Shown here piece by piece: positions 24,465 to 37,899 of a DNA stretch of 64,000 bases. Both the position numbers and the translations under genes were made by a program. This DNA comes from Ylistrum balloti (taxonomy: Eukaryota), in assembly GCF_031769215.1 (NCBI RefSeq), contig NW_026782187.1, forward strand, positions 124,001 to 188,000, given 5' to 3'. Numbering within the stretch: position 1 is the first letter of the stretch; each line of letters starts with the position of its first letter. The notes beneath the pieces are model-generated. The model worked only from the letters and a program-made list of their open reading frames with translations. It was not told the DNA's origin and did not search any database.

Positions 24465-24508
24465 GCATCACTGACGAGTCCTGGAAGGACGAAACATATG
24501 TTTAATGC
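24465..24508 (+). ncRNA. Minimal type I hammerhead ribozyme
   Basis: gcatca CTGACGA GTCC-tggaa-GGAC GAAA catatg tt / taatgc: intact core, 4-bp helix II, palindromic ACATATGT helix III, helix I with 5 of 6 pairs, GUU triplet. Confidence 0.75.
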
Positions 24509-25884
24509 TGTTTAAATCAATTTTAGGCTTTACTGTATCTAAATCTAAATTTGTATTGAAATTTGGTATCACAATCTTTGACGCAATGATATTCAGAAGT
24601 CACCATCAAAGTGCCCGAAGTTTTTAGGTTTACTCGTATGCGAAAAATATCAGTTGCCTGAAAATACATATCTAATTATTGTGTATCGATGTCGTATTCA
24701 CATAACCGTGGTTTAATTACCCGTTAGTTGGACCTACATTAATTATAACTCGCTTAAATCAAGATTTTTAAGTAATTTGGTAGTTAAAATGTTTATAGCA
24801 CACAAACAGGCATGTAAGGTTGAGCTGAAATAAATATAGTACCAACCATTTTCTTCTCCATCCTCATTCTCTTGTCTTTTTCTTCACAAATATTTCGTAA
24901 TGAAGAATTAATCTTATTTATGCTAAAATATTATAGGAATTCCTGATCATGAGATTTGGGTCCTCTTTCCACACGCGTGATTATCCGTGAATCACTAGTC
25001 CTGCTATTGCCGTCAAGTGCAAATAAGGACACCTTAAGAGCTGATGATGTACATATGTATTCGGGTCGGATTAGTCATCTTCGTCTAATTTAAACTGTTT
25101 AATGCTCTTACGAGAAAGTGTAGTTATATTTGCAGAGGATTTTTAAAAAAAGAACTAAAGATATATTTATAATTAGTTCAATGCTTTAAACATGTCACAG
25201 GTAAATATATATTTTAACACAAATTGAAAAATAGATCATCCATAACTATCATTATATTGGTGAATCATATTGACCGATAGGATGATGTATCAATACATAA
25301 GTATAGATTACGGATATTCTCCTCGTTCTTGGATTGGCTCACACAGCTCGTTGCGTCAAAGTGACCGACAGTTTGATTTCTCGTGAATTCAGTTGCGAAA
25401 GACAGAAAGGTGTGATATAAAAATAAAGGTGTCGTGATTCGATATATACACGTTCACACACCATCCATGTATTTTCCTATTGCTAAATACAACTGGTGTG
25501 ATAATATTAGAAAACTAAAACTAGAAACCCTGGCTGTCATTTTTAAATCGAATTAAAATGAAATGCTAGTTAGAAGTAATAAAAGATTTTATTTGAAAAC
25601 GACCTGTCAAACAATACTATTCGTCTCTGATGGATGGTATCAAATGGCGAATAAACAATCGTAGTCGTAGATCGAGATATTAACTTTTCGCTTTTATTGT
25701 CTGAAATTTCCTATGTGGTGCATGTATCTTTTTTTCAATAGAGGCCATACTTCTGATAATAAAAAAATCCAATCGGGATATTTATGAATAAGTTTTTGGC
25801 ATTCAATAAGGCAGATTTAGAGTAAATTGTATTTACTTCATAGTAATAATATTGTGGGGAGTTTTTTTCTGACTAAGATTGACC

Positions 25885-26066
25885 ACACTTGTAAGTCCGG
25901 ATGCAATAGTGCGAGAAGAGCCATGGTGGGAAGAAACCGGAGTACCCGGGGAAATCCCACGTAGTTTGGGGAGGTGAACCCATAACTTTTCACATCTGTT
26001 CCGGGAATCGAACAGGGAAGCCTAAGTGAAAGGTTGGTGCGTTACCATTGCGCTACCCAACCACCC
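25885..26066 (-). mobile_element. tRNA-derived V-domain SINE (more complete copy)
   Basis: Minus strand: tagcgcaatggtaacgcaccaacctttcac...gttcgattccc...gtgggatttccccgggtactccggtttcttcccac. Confidence 0.85.
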
Positions 26067-27987
26067 GGTATGGTATATCAATGTTCGTTATTCGTTAAGG
26101 AAAGGCAGACAGGCGGACGGTCGCCACACACGGACGGACCCGGGGTATTATTGTTAAAGTTGCTGACACCACAAATCGGACTAAAACTCATTCATTATCT
26201 TTACGACTCCATAGTTATATTATCAATATTGACATGTATGTATCTAGCCATGTTCCACAAAAGTTCAACAACCCGAGACACAAAAACCTCTGAAAAGAAT
26301 ATACGTTGACTGATATTTGCGTTATTGAACCTAAAACATTCAAGTGAGTCCCTATGACACAATTCAACTCGAGACTTTATGCTCTAACGAACACATTAAT
26401 CTGAGAAACTATTTCGCGAGTCGAAAGCACGTAAAAACAACTATGCCGTTTTTATGTGACTAATAATAATAGTTTAAGCTAGTAGAACTGTTTTGTTGTA
26501 TTGTTTCCAATAGGACAAAAATAATGTTATAATGTTATAATGTTGAAGAACCTTCTGGGTAGAATAAAACGAATAAGCAAACCAATCAAAACTATAGAAA
26601 AATGAAATTAAAAGTGAGAAAATCAGATTTCATTTTGTCGTTTATTACAACATCAAAAGATTCATTGTCTCTTTATGTTGTAGCATTATCATAATCATTC
26701 ATCTCAGTTATCACATGAAAAAACGGACGTTCTACCTCCACATCATCAAACCTTGGGCTGTTCATATTGCCCTAAGACAGGGTCAATCGTCCGTATGTGA
26801 TCTGTCGTCCGTCATTAAACAATTCTTTTTAGAAATACTGTAGGGATATTTCTCAAACTTCATATGTAGAATTACCTATATCCCTAGCTGTGCCCACTAC
26901 GGTCAGTGAATGAAAAAGGCCGACAGTTGGCCATCTTGGATTCTAATATTTGAAGTTTGTTATCGCTGTTTCTTGGAGTACCGATGGAATATTTCGCAAA
27001 CTCAATGTGTAGGTTTATTAAAGTTTGAACATAACACATCCGCATTATCAACAGTTGATATTCTGACAAGGATACCTCAGAAAAAGATTGTGACTCAGTC
27101 ACACAATCATGCTGCACGTTACAAGATAATTAGCTCATTTCCTTCGGACAAAGACTCATCAACAATGCGTTTTACACACATGAAGTAATTCAGGCATTTG
27201 TTGCACAAGATTAGTTATAGGGTACGGTTCAAGTAAGATATGGGGAAAATTAATTTGTAATCGTTAGACTGTTGAGTTTAGTCATTTTAATATAAAGATA
27301 AAAACATGTCGAAATCGAGATGATTAAACATTCTAAAACACCAGATGTTCGATAGGAACATTGATGTATATGAATCCTTAGGTTTTAATGATAATGGAAC
27401 TCCTCTACATAAAACAAATAAGCGTGTCCCTTTATCTATATCAGATATATATCTAGCAGTCTGATTATTTTACAATATCCGGATATATCAACACTTAAAG
27501 TACCATGTAAAATATTATCTAAAAGATATGAATATATTTTAAAACCATTCTTTTTTATCATAATTTCCTATATATATCTTAGACCTGCTAGCTAGTGATA
27601 CGTAACAAAATCCATGTATCACAATATTTGAATAAAAATCTATTTGGAAAAGGTCACGTGATACCTGGACCTGGTCAGTCGGCGTATGTTTGGGCTCCAT
27701 AATTTTACCAAAGTTTACTTATTCCTTCGAATCTAAAGATGCTAATTTTTGGCCTTGAGTAGTTTGAAACATCAGCGAAGCATATGTTGATGACCCTTTT
27801 CTGTGAAAGTTTGTGGAAAACGATGTTTTAGGAAAAATCGCGTAGGACAATGGACTGACCACCAATAGTGACCACTGTTCGCGCGCACTCGGAGTGTGTT
27901 TATACACTGTACCTTACCTTACCTACACTGGTTTAACTTGTCTTACCTGAACGTACTGGTAGATTTGAGCTGTTATACTTATTAATC

Positions 27988-28812
27988 ATGCCTGGATCTA
28001 GGACCAGTGTGGGTAGCGGGAGGACGGGCAGCAAAGGGAGGACTCTGGATATTGTTAATGAACCCACTGCAGAGAAGGACAGGGTAGATGTCCTTTTTGA
28101 GATGATAGCTACCCTTGTGACCAAATCGGACTTGGACAAGATGATGGATAGAAAACTAGAGCGATTAAGAGAGGATATTAGGGAGGAGAACCGTGTGCTA
28201 GTGGAGCAGCTAGAAGGACGAATTTTCGACCTCGAAAAAGACAACGATGTCTTACGAGATAAAGTGGAAAAGCTAGAAGACCATGTGAGGGAGTCCGAGA
28301 AATTCAACGCTTCTCTTGATTATAAGATGAACGACCTGGAGCAGCAGGGGAGAAAAAATTCTATTCGCATTGTTGGATTGGAGGATACCAACGAACGGGA
28401 ATCTGTAGACGAATGTGTCTATAAAGTTGTGACTTTTGTGCGGAATTCCCTCGAAGTCGACTTAGAGGAAAAAGACATAGACATTGCCCATAGGTTGGGA
28501 AAGTACAGCAGAGATAAGCCACGTACCATAATTTGTAAGTTGACACATAGGAGGAAAAAGACAGAGATCCTCAAAAGCCGCCGGAAGCTAAGGGGGAAGA
28601 GGCAAATTGTGTTTGAAGACCTGACAAGAAGAAACCAAGAGATCCTGAAAGAGGCTTACAGACTTAAGAGCGTCAAACATACTTATAGTGTGGATGGAAA
28701 GCTTTTTGTAGTTTTAGCTAACGATAAGAAACGTAGACTACGTTATGATACAGTGTTAACGGACCAATACCTGGCTGAGGATAACAACTTCAGGACGGGA
28801 CTTTTCGACTGA
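27988..28812 (+). CDS. LINE ORF1 (coiled coil plus RRM/CTD, L1 ORF1p-like), intact, 274 aa
   Basis: Heptad region, then LEQQGRKNSIRIVGL, DIDIAHRLG, PRTIICKL and EDLT motifs. Confidence 0.9.
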   Translation: MPGSRTSVGSGRTGSKGRTLDIVNEPTAEKDRVDVLFEMIATLVTKSDLDKMMDRKLERLREDIREENRVLVEQLEGRIFDLEKDNDVLRDKVEKLEDHVRESEKFNASLDYKMNDLEQQGRKNSIRIVGLEDTNERESVDECVYKVVTFVRNSLEVDLEEKDIDIAHRLGKYSRDKPRTIICKLTHRRKKTEILKSRRKLRGKRQIVFEDLTRRNQEILKEAYRLKSVKHTYSVDGKLFVVLANDKKRRLRYDTVLTDQYLAEDNNFRTGLFD

Positions 28813-29467
28813 AAGGTCTCATATCTCTGGACACAGTGAACACTTAAATGTAGATATCGAATGATGTGATCGATAGTGGACTTGGGTACGACTCAGTACC
28901 ACCAGAGAGGGACTTTCTCTGGTTTATCGATCAATCTTTTATGTTAATTTCTTTTGTGTTTTTTTCAGTGTGTTCATTAAGAGTGCTATTCTTTTTCTTC
29001 TTTTCTTTTATTGTGGATGGTAAACAGTGGAAAAAACATGTAGATCGGTAAGTCTTTTTTTCCTTCGTTTAAAATTGTATTGTTATTGAATTGAAATGAA
29101 ATTCTTTTATCTGCGCGACTTAGGGTATTTTTCTCTCTTTTTGAAAAAAATAATGAAGTTAGCAGAATTTTGGTGTTTGGAAATATTTATAAAATTATTT
29201 CTGTAACGACTTACAGCGTATCCAGAAAATGGTAACGCTGTGTCGTTTTTCTATTTATATTATAGTATACTACTTCCGGTGTACTTCCAATTCCGTTCGC
29301 CGGCATGGTACTGCTAGAGGTGTGAGTGCGTAAGTCGACAGTTGTACTTGTTTTTGATCTTTTTTCGGTATGGTTTTTTATCTCTCATCTTTCCTTTTCT
29401 CTTCTTCTTTACTTTTGCTCTCTATGACTGGGCTAAATATTATACTCCAGAACGCTAAAGATGTAAC

Positions 29468-32400
29468 ATGATGGAGGGCGTATCCATATTGTCTGCGAAC
29501 TGTCAGGGTCTTGGGGACAGTATTAAAAGAAAAGACGTTATGTCTTATCTCAGAGCTAAGAAATGTTGTATTTACTCCCTGCAAGACACACACTTTACTG
29601 AAGAGAATCAAAACATTATTAGAAATGAATGGGGGTTTGAGTGCTACTTTAATTCCTTTAGATCTAATTCAAGAGGGTTTGCAATTTTGTTGAATAATAA
29701 TTTTGAAATTACAGTTAATAAAGAAAAGAAAGATTTGTTCGGAAATTTCTTGGCTCTTGATATTACACTGGAAGGTGCTAAGATTACATTAATTACAGTG
29801 TATGGTCCAAATACTGACTCGCCTAGCTTCTATGATATGGTAGCTGATACTATTGAGGATTTTGACAATGCTAAATACATTATATGTGGTGATTTTAACC
29901 TAGTTATAAGTCCTGACCTAGACTATGATAGTAGCTATAAGACAACAAATAATCAAAAAGCAAGGGAGAAAGTTTTAGAAATTATTGAAAGTCACTCTTT
30001 AGTCGATATTTATAGGAACTGCATTCAGATAGAAGATATACGTGGAGGAGGAAGAACCCATTGAAACAGGCTAGATTAGATTTTTTTTTGATATCAGATA
30101 ATTTACTATCCAGTGTAACTAGTGCAACTATTGAACCAGGATACAGGTTAGATCACTCATTTCCTTTACTTAATTTGAAATTTAATGAATTTAAACGAGG
30201 AAAGGGTCTGTGGAAATTTAATTCCTCTTTGCTGTATGACGAGGTGTATCTTGATTTGGTTAAAAATGTTATTCTACAGACAAAAATGCAGTATTGTCTA
30301 CCTGTTTACAATAAGGATAATATAATCAATATTCCAGATACTGAAATTCAATTTTCAATTGATGATCAACTTTTTTTGAAACATTGTTAATGGAAATTAG
30401 GGGAAAGAGCATATCCTACTCATCCTTTAAAAAGAAACAGCAAAATAGAAATGAAAACATTATAAGAAATGAGATACAAAACTTGGAGGACCAAGAGCAG
30501 GTTGATATTGAAGAATTAGAACGTAAGAAAAAAGAATTAGAAAATATTAGAGTTAACAAGATTAAAGGCAATGTTATAAGATCTAGGGCACAATGGCATG
30601 AAGAGGGGGAAAAACCAACTAAATATTTTTTAAATTTAGAAAATAGGAATTTTATCTCTAAAATAATACCAAAGATAGAGAAAGAAAATGTCATAATATC
30701 ACAGCAGGAAGATATTCTTGAGGAGGTATGTTCTTTTTATGAAAAACTATATGATGACAGATATGAGACAGATGATGTTGATTTGATTGAACTTTTGGAT
30801 GGATGTGATGTTCCAACATTAAAAAATAATGAGGCTGAAAATTTAGAAGGGCTAATTACGATAGAGGAAGCAACAAAAAATTTGAAAAACATGAAGAATA
30901 ACAAAAGTCCAGGTACAGATGGTTTTACTGTTGAATTTTTTAAATGATTTTGGAAACAGCTAGGAATTTTTATTGTCAGATCTATTAACTATGGATATAG
31001 TAAAGGTTTGTTATCGATAACACAAAGACAAGGTGTCATTACTTGTATTCCCAAGGGTGATAAGCCCAGACAGTTTTTAAAAAATTGGCGACCTATAACA
31101 TTATTAAATATAGTTTATAAGATAGCCTCAGGATGCATAGCATGTAGGATTAGAACAGTTTTAGATAAGTTAATTTGTGAGGATCAAACAGGATTTCTTT
31201 CAGGTCACTATATTGGAGAAAATATTAGACTTTGATATTATGCAATATGCAGACGAAGATATATCCCAGGTATGTTATTAATGTTAGATTTTGAGAAAGC
31301 GTTTGACTCAGTATCATGGAAATTTATTGATAATGTTTTGAATTATTTTAATTTTGGTTCTGATATTCGAAATTGGGTTAGATTGTTTCACACTAACATT
31401 ACTGCAACTGTAAATCAGGGGGGGAACTTATCTTCTTTTGTAAATATCAAAAGAGGCTGTCGTCAAGGCGACCCAATTGCACCATACCTTTTCATACTAT
31501 GTGTTGAAATACTAGGAATTAGACTTAGAAATAACAATAAGATTAAGGGTATCATATGAATAACTGTCCAATTCTCCTTTCTCAGTATGCAGATGACACT
31601 TCACTTATTCTAGATGGTTCTGAAATGTCTTTAAAAGAATCTATTGTCGAATTGAAATATTTTGCGAAGATATCTGGTTTAAATCTCAATGTTGATAAAA
31701 CTCAAGTTATTTGGATAGGGAGCAAAAGTTACAGTGAAGATACATTTTTACCTGAATTAGGCTTACAATGGGGAAAAAATAAATTTAAACTGCTTGGAAT
31801 AGATTTTAGTGTTAATTTACATGAGATCCCAAAATTAAATTTTGATAAAAAGCTAATTAAACTTAAAATGCTTGTTAAAACTTGGAGTAGACGAGCACTT
31901 ACACCAATTGGTAAAATAGTCTTGATAAAATCTCTTCTTCTTTCACAATTTAACCATTTATTTATTTCCTTACCTAACCCTGATGAAAAGTTTTTACAAG
32001 ATCTCAATACAGTTTTATTCAACTTTTTGTGGAATAGTAAGGTGGATAAAATAAAGAGAGATATTATCACGCAGAATTATTATGAGGGGGGTCTGAAAAT
32101 GGTTAATGTTAGGGTATTTATAGATTCTTTAAAATTAGGTTGGATAAGAAGGTTATATCAAAAAACATCAAAGTGGCAACATATTTTCAAAACATTCTCA
32201 GACCCACACAAATTATTTATATGTGGCGGTGCCTATATTCAAGAACGTAAAAATAAATGCAAAAATAAATTTTGGAAGGATGTGTTTAAAGCCTGGGAAA
32301 GATTTAATGATTCAGATACAGTAAAGGAAAGAAAGAAAAACTCCATATTGGCATTGCCATTATGGTATAACAGAGATTTACTTATTGGGAAAAAGACTAT

Positions 32401-33277
32401 TTTTTATAAATTGTGGTACAAGAGGGGAGTAACAATAATTTATGATTTGATAAAAGATATTGATACATGCTCGTTCTACACTCTTCAAGAATTTAATGAG
32501 ATTTATCAAGTTAATACAAACTTTCTTCAATATAATGGTGTGATCTCTGCTATTAAATCATATGTAACAAAGATAGGCTATAGAAGGCAGTTAATCTTTC
32601 ACCCTATCATCTCAAGTAACATATTTTTTTTCCTGAAAAATACAAAATGGACTAAGGATCTATATAATTTTATGGTTAAAAAATGTACTGTATCTATAGG
32701 TAGGAAGAAGTGGGAAGACATATTTGAAGATATTGAGTTGACCTGGTCTGATATTTATAAAACTCCATTTAAGGTTACAAAGAATACAAAGCTACAGTGG
32801 TTTCAATACAGAATAGTGCAACATATTTTAAAAACAAATACATATTTGTTTAAAGCTGGATTAGCAAATAGTCCTATCTGTCCTCTCTGCAACTTGGAGA
32901 GAGAGAGACAATAATTCATACTTTGTGGGAATGTCGAGAAACTCAGAAATTTTTGGTTAATGTTGAAACTCTTCTTGATGCACTATTGATTCCATTTTCT
33001 TTTACAAGAAAAGCTTTATTTTTGGGGTAACTTCAGATTATGACAATGCTATGGGAAACTCAGTAGATAATGAAATTCTGATCATGATTAAGTTATATAT
33101 ATATATAAATCAAGATGTATACATAAAATCTTAAATCCAAATATTCTGCTAAACTCAATCAAAGAGTATTACACATTTCAAAAATATATTGCTAACAGCA
33201 AAGGTGATCTTGCACAGCAGAATTTAGAAAATAAATGGAGAAAATGGAGAAGATTATTAGACTTAAGTGATATTTAA
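29468..33277 (+). pseudogene. LINE ORF2 (APE endonuclease, reverse transcriptase, C-terminal zinc motif), disrupted
   Basis: SANCQGL, LQDTH, GDFN, KSPGTDG, NWRPITLLN, LDFEKAFDSV, GCRQGDP, QYADD, CPLC..HTLWEC. Frameshifts near 30014, 30375, 31232, 31262, 31555, 32905 and 33010, plus an in-frame TGA at 30945. Confidence 0.92.
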
Positions 33278-33349
33278 GCTTTAATTGGTATTGATATTAT
33301 TAGCCATCAATTTTTCTTACACTCATGAAATATTAGTTCTCTTTCTTAA

Positions 33350-33384
<35 letters not shown>

Positions 33385-33512
33385 ATTTTCCCTTTTTAAT
33401 GATTGGTGAATTCACTTAGGTATTTTTTTTTTTTCTAAGAACATCTATGAAAAAGGAAATATTTCTCTCTACTTACATATATTTTAGTTTCATCTGTAGC
33501 CCAGTCATTTTT

Positions 33513-33562
<50 letters not shown>

Positions 33563-33946
33563 GACTTAATATTGACTGACTTAATTTATTGGATTTCTTT
33601 TTGTTTTTGCAGAGAGCATGAAATGCGTGTGTGATGATGTGATTGATACATGTACAAAGGTATGCATGTCTATATGTATGTCTATATGTTGGTAGAAATA
33701 GCGGATGTTGATGAAAATGCTGATGATGATATCATTGTGATTATATAATTATTATTGCATTTATTATGGTAATGATAATCGTGTGTGAGGGTGTGGAAGA
33801 TGTGTGACGGCAGGATGATAAATGATGAGTGTGTTGATAAATATTCCGTGAAGATAATGACTTCTACTGATGATGATGTTGAGGATCTTGATGATGATGG
33901 TTGATGATAATGATGATGATGTTGGTTGATTATGAGGATATTGTGG

Positions 33947-33984
<38 letters not shown>

Positions 33985-34080
33985 GGTTGATGATAGTTTA
34001 TGATGAGGATGTTGTTATTTAATGAGATACAGATGATGACGATGGTTGATGATGATGAGGATGAGGATGATGATGATGTA
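33350..34080. repeat. Microsatellites in the LINE 3'UTR: (AT)n, (CT)n, (GAT)n
   Basis: Read directly near 33350, 33520 and 33900-34080. Confidence 0.9.
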
Positions 34081-36619
34081 TGGGAAAGTGTGTTGCACAT
34101 GTAGATGTCAATATCTGTAAAAATTATGAAACTTTTCAAAAATAAAAGAAATGAAAAAAAAAAAAATCTATTTGTTTGTTTTTGATATTTATATCTATAA
34201 ACGTACTGCAATAAAACAGACTCCCTTTTTTAAAGCCATACTATTTTGTTTACAAGTAAACTTCTATTGTATTGGGGTGTAGAGTGCCACCGTTCTGACC
34301 ACTATATCACAAATGATTTCCAGTAATTGACGTAAAATTAGAACTTATAAATCATACACCGTACTTCCATAGACTCGATTCTAAAATTGTAACCAACATT
34401 TTCCTTTTTTTTATTGGTCTTTTTTCTATAAATATTATAACCACTTAAAAAACGGAAATAAAGAATGTCGCGTCGATCGTTGTGTGTTTTATCGGTTGAA
34501 GGCCCTAATGACCTTTTAAGTGTTAACGGGCCGTTAAGAATGTCATAATAATCGTCAAATTTTTAAAAATCAAGCTGTTTTTCTTGTAAATCAATAAAAA
34601 TGTAAATAAATTCATTGTTTGTAACAGGATATAAACAGATGAGTAAACAGAAGAGAAATGGTGAATCAAGATATAAGTTAAGGAGATGACCACGCTGGCG
34701 GAGATGAAGCGTATCTGGTTAGTACTGACGATGGTATAGCCAAGACACGGTTAACAAACCCAACTCTGTGGGAATCACAGATATACAAGAGGCCCAATGG
34801 GCCTGCATCGTTCAACTGGTGTCCAACATTCATCAAAAAATAGAATTGGTTTCCATCATAAATCACTGGCATTCAGTGGGCTCATCCAATCAATGTTTAC
34901 TAGTTTCCACAACAATAGCTTCTAATACTTAATTTTTACAATGACGTCTCCTTGATTATAGCTAAACTTTTATTTTTTGCTCACAATATGTCAGGCTTTC
35001 AACTTTCCACAAAAGATCTAGCTTCTCGGACTTTTACAGGGTTTGAAAATTTGGCCCCTGTTACATTGAATATAGTTCAGGATAATTTCTTTTTGGCAAA
35101 TTTTGTAACATGTATCACAGAGACCTTGCTACCAGCCAAATATTATGCTTCTGGGTCTTTTGGTGTGTCAGAAGAAGTTATTTTGAGGTTACAACAAATT
35201 TGACCCCTATGACATTGAATAAGCGTCAAAATAATTTATATTTACAAAGTAATATCAACATTTAAATGTAAACAGTTGATTCATATTCATATATTAAACA
35301 GGCTTACGTCCGCTATTACGGCCTTTCAGCCTTGCATCAGAAAAGATAAAGTTGACAATTAGGTGTCTGTACACAGCTTACATGAGCAACTAAATATAAA
35401 TATACATATATATATATGGTGTTCCATATTTGTCTATTATAAAATCTCTCTCTCCCTCTATCTCTCTAAATTCCCCCCCCCCCCTTCTCTCTCTCCCCCC
35501 TACCCCGCTCTCTCTCTCTCTTCTTGTATCATTTTATGTGCATCTGCTATTTATATATAGAAACTTAATTCATTTCAACTTATCACTCTTGTTGTAAGCA
35601 CGCGAGGGGTCTTACTATGGGGAAATCAGAGAAAACACATATCAGTTCAGGGAACCGCAGCCTATATATGTACATGTATACATATATCTAAAAACAGTCT
35701 TAAAATAGGCATGAATGAGACTATACTGTACATATATGTAAATAAGCTAGTGAAAGATACGTTATCACTTAAAAGTTATAATGTAGGTGACAACAAAGAA
35801 AATAAAAGGTAAAGGTTATTGCTTTCAAAACTTTTTATTTCATAGATTTGTAATGAAATCATGAAAAGTTCACGGAAACGAATTACATTCCGTATGTTCA
35901 GTTCGCTTCAAAGTAACTATGAGTTCTCCCAATTATTGTTGATATTGAGACAATACAAACTGCAGGTCGAAGGTCAATTAACTACGAGTTGTTTCCGTAA
36001 TCTTTTATCATGTGACATTAAAACCAGTATTTAACATTTATATTACTTCCCTGTATACGACTTCAAGTGAAAGTGTCCACTGTCATACTGAAGTGTTTGT
36101 CAATAATTCGTCGGGATATCGTCAGCGGTGTGAGGCATCTAAGGGAAGCAACTCTGAAAAGGTTGACAAAATGAATGCTGAGACGCATTTACCCCAAACA
36201 TCAATGAATGTAATACTTTGCAATATTGAATGATTCTAAATCAACTTTGAATACAGTTAATTCATTTTGTCGCGATAAAATATCAGATTTTACTGTAAAT
36301 ATATGCGATATTTTCGCTATCTTCACGGAGTGAACATAACAATTTCAGATACAATATTGTATCTTCACTCATTTTTATCAATATTTACAGTACTTTTCTG
36401 TGAAATATCCATTCTAACAGAGTGTATTTAGGACTTGGAGAACGACATCTTGGGTAGAAACTCTAAGTGTAGGAGGACCAATGTAATATATGTGATATAT
36501 ATATATATATATCTACGATATTGTTCATGTAGAGAGGTGAATCAAAACTGACATCGATGAAAGGTTTTAAAAGATAATTGTTCATTTAAAAAAGTCATTG
36601 CTTCTTTATCAATAAAGAA

Positions 36620-36864
36620 GTATTCCATCTCGTGGAGTGGAAATTGTTTTACAATGGAAATTAATGTCCGTTGTGTACGTAGACCAACCCGGGGATGGAG
36701 ACATTTTTCACAAGGGAATTGATGTCCGTTGTGTAAGTATACCAATTCGGGGATGGAGACATTTTTCACAAGGGAATTGATGTCCATTGTGTACGTATAC
36801 CAACTCGGGGATGGAGACATTTTTCACAAGGGAATTGATGTCCGTTGTGTACGTAGACCAACTC
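36620..36864. repeat. 58-bp satellite, short array (about 3.5 units) in copy A
   Basis: Same unit and same right-hand junction (gtagaccaactcacatct) as the long array. Confidence 0.9.
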
Positions 36865-37899
36865 ACATCTAATAATGCTTACATGGAAAGGTACCAATTT
36901 TTGCCAGTCTTATCGTAACACTGTTATAGACAAAAACTAATAATTTTGTAGCAAAAAGCTTGACGTTAGTTTCATGATATAAAAATTGTCCGTTCGTCGG
37001 TCGTGAAGTTTGTCCTGAGATCTCTCAAAGCTGTCAGCGATCTCTTTCAAACAAGGTAGACTTAAATATACCACTATAATGTTGATATGAAGCTGTCTTG
37101 AACAACGTTTGGATTCGACTGTATTTGAGATTACACAACCACAGTTACTGCCCTCTTTTTGATAATTTCATAATCTTATTATTTTTCACTGGGATCTCTG
37201 TTTTCAACTGATCTCTATTTCATGTGTTTATAACTATTGTTCTGGACGGCGACTTCACTGAACAGTTCCTGGAGAAATTGACGTTTGTTTTCCCAATATT
37301 TTTGTACGGAAATTTCTTCCAGTTTTAACTAATTTCTTTGAAGCACGGTACATTGTGTAACCACGATATGAAACTGTTATCCTGAATAGCAGTTTGATAC
37401 AATTTTCGAATGACCTATAGTGTGTTTCAGCATTTAAATTTTGTCCAGACATCCCCTCCCTAAGTTTCTGACCTATCTCTTGGTACATTCTGTAAATATT
37501 AACGTCAATACATATATATATATAATTATGTTGCTTTCGTTCAAATTCGATAGTGCCTATTACAATGAAATTAGATTTTGTTTTCTCAGTGAAATGCTTT
37601 CATTTACATATTCATTAGAATACAATAATGGATTTGTCTGTGGCATAGTACACTTGTTCCTTGCGTAATTTTGCATCATTGACCTCGCGGTAGAGATAAA
37701 TATTACAATGGTATTGAATCAGACTAAGAAAAAAGGATGAACTGTGAAACATGAGGGCTTTCGTTTTCATCTTTAGATGTTTTATCACTTAAAAAAGGAC
37801 GTGTACAGCTAACCTGGCTATGTTCGGCTGAAATAGCTTCATTAGAATTAAAGAAAAAGGAAATCTAAATATTCATGTAAACAACACAAAACATATGTT

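Larger units (their letters stand above)
27647..34161 (+). mobile_element. Full-length L1/Tx1-type LINE, about 6.5 kb, 13-bp TSD aaaaatctatttg
   Basis: TSD at 27634-27646 and 34162-34174; aataaa at 34141 and an A-tail; ORF1 plus APE-RT ORF2; empty site at 40532-40544. Confidence 0.95.

Noticed and set aside
26884-27188. ORFs identical in both copies (also 34952, 36012, 37255, 38230 and their copy-B twins)
   Set aside because: The identity reflects the recent duplication of non-coding dispersed repeats, not coding constraint.
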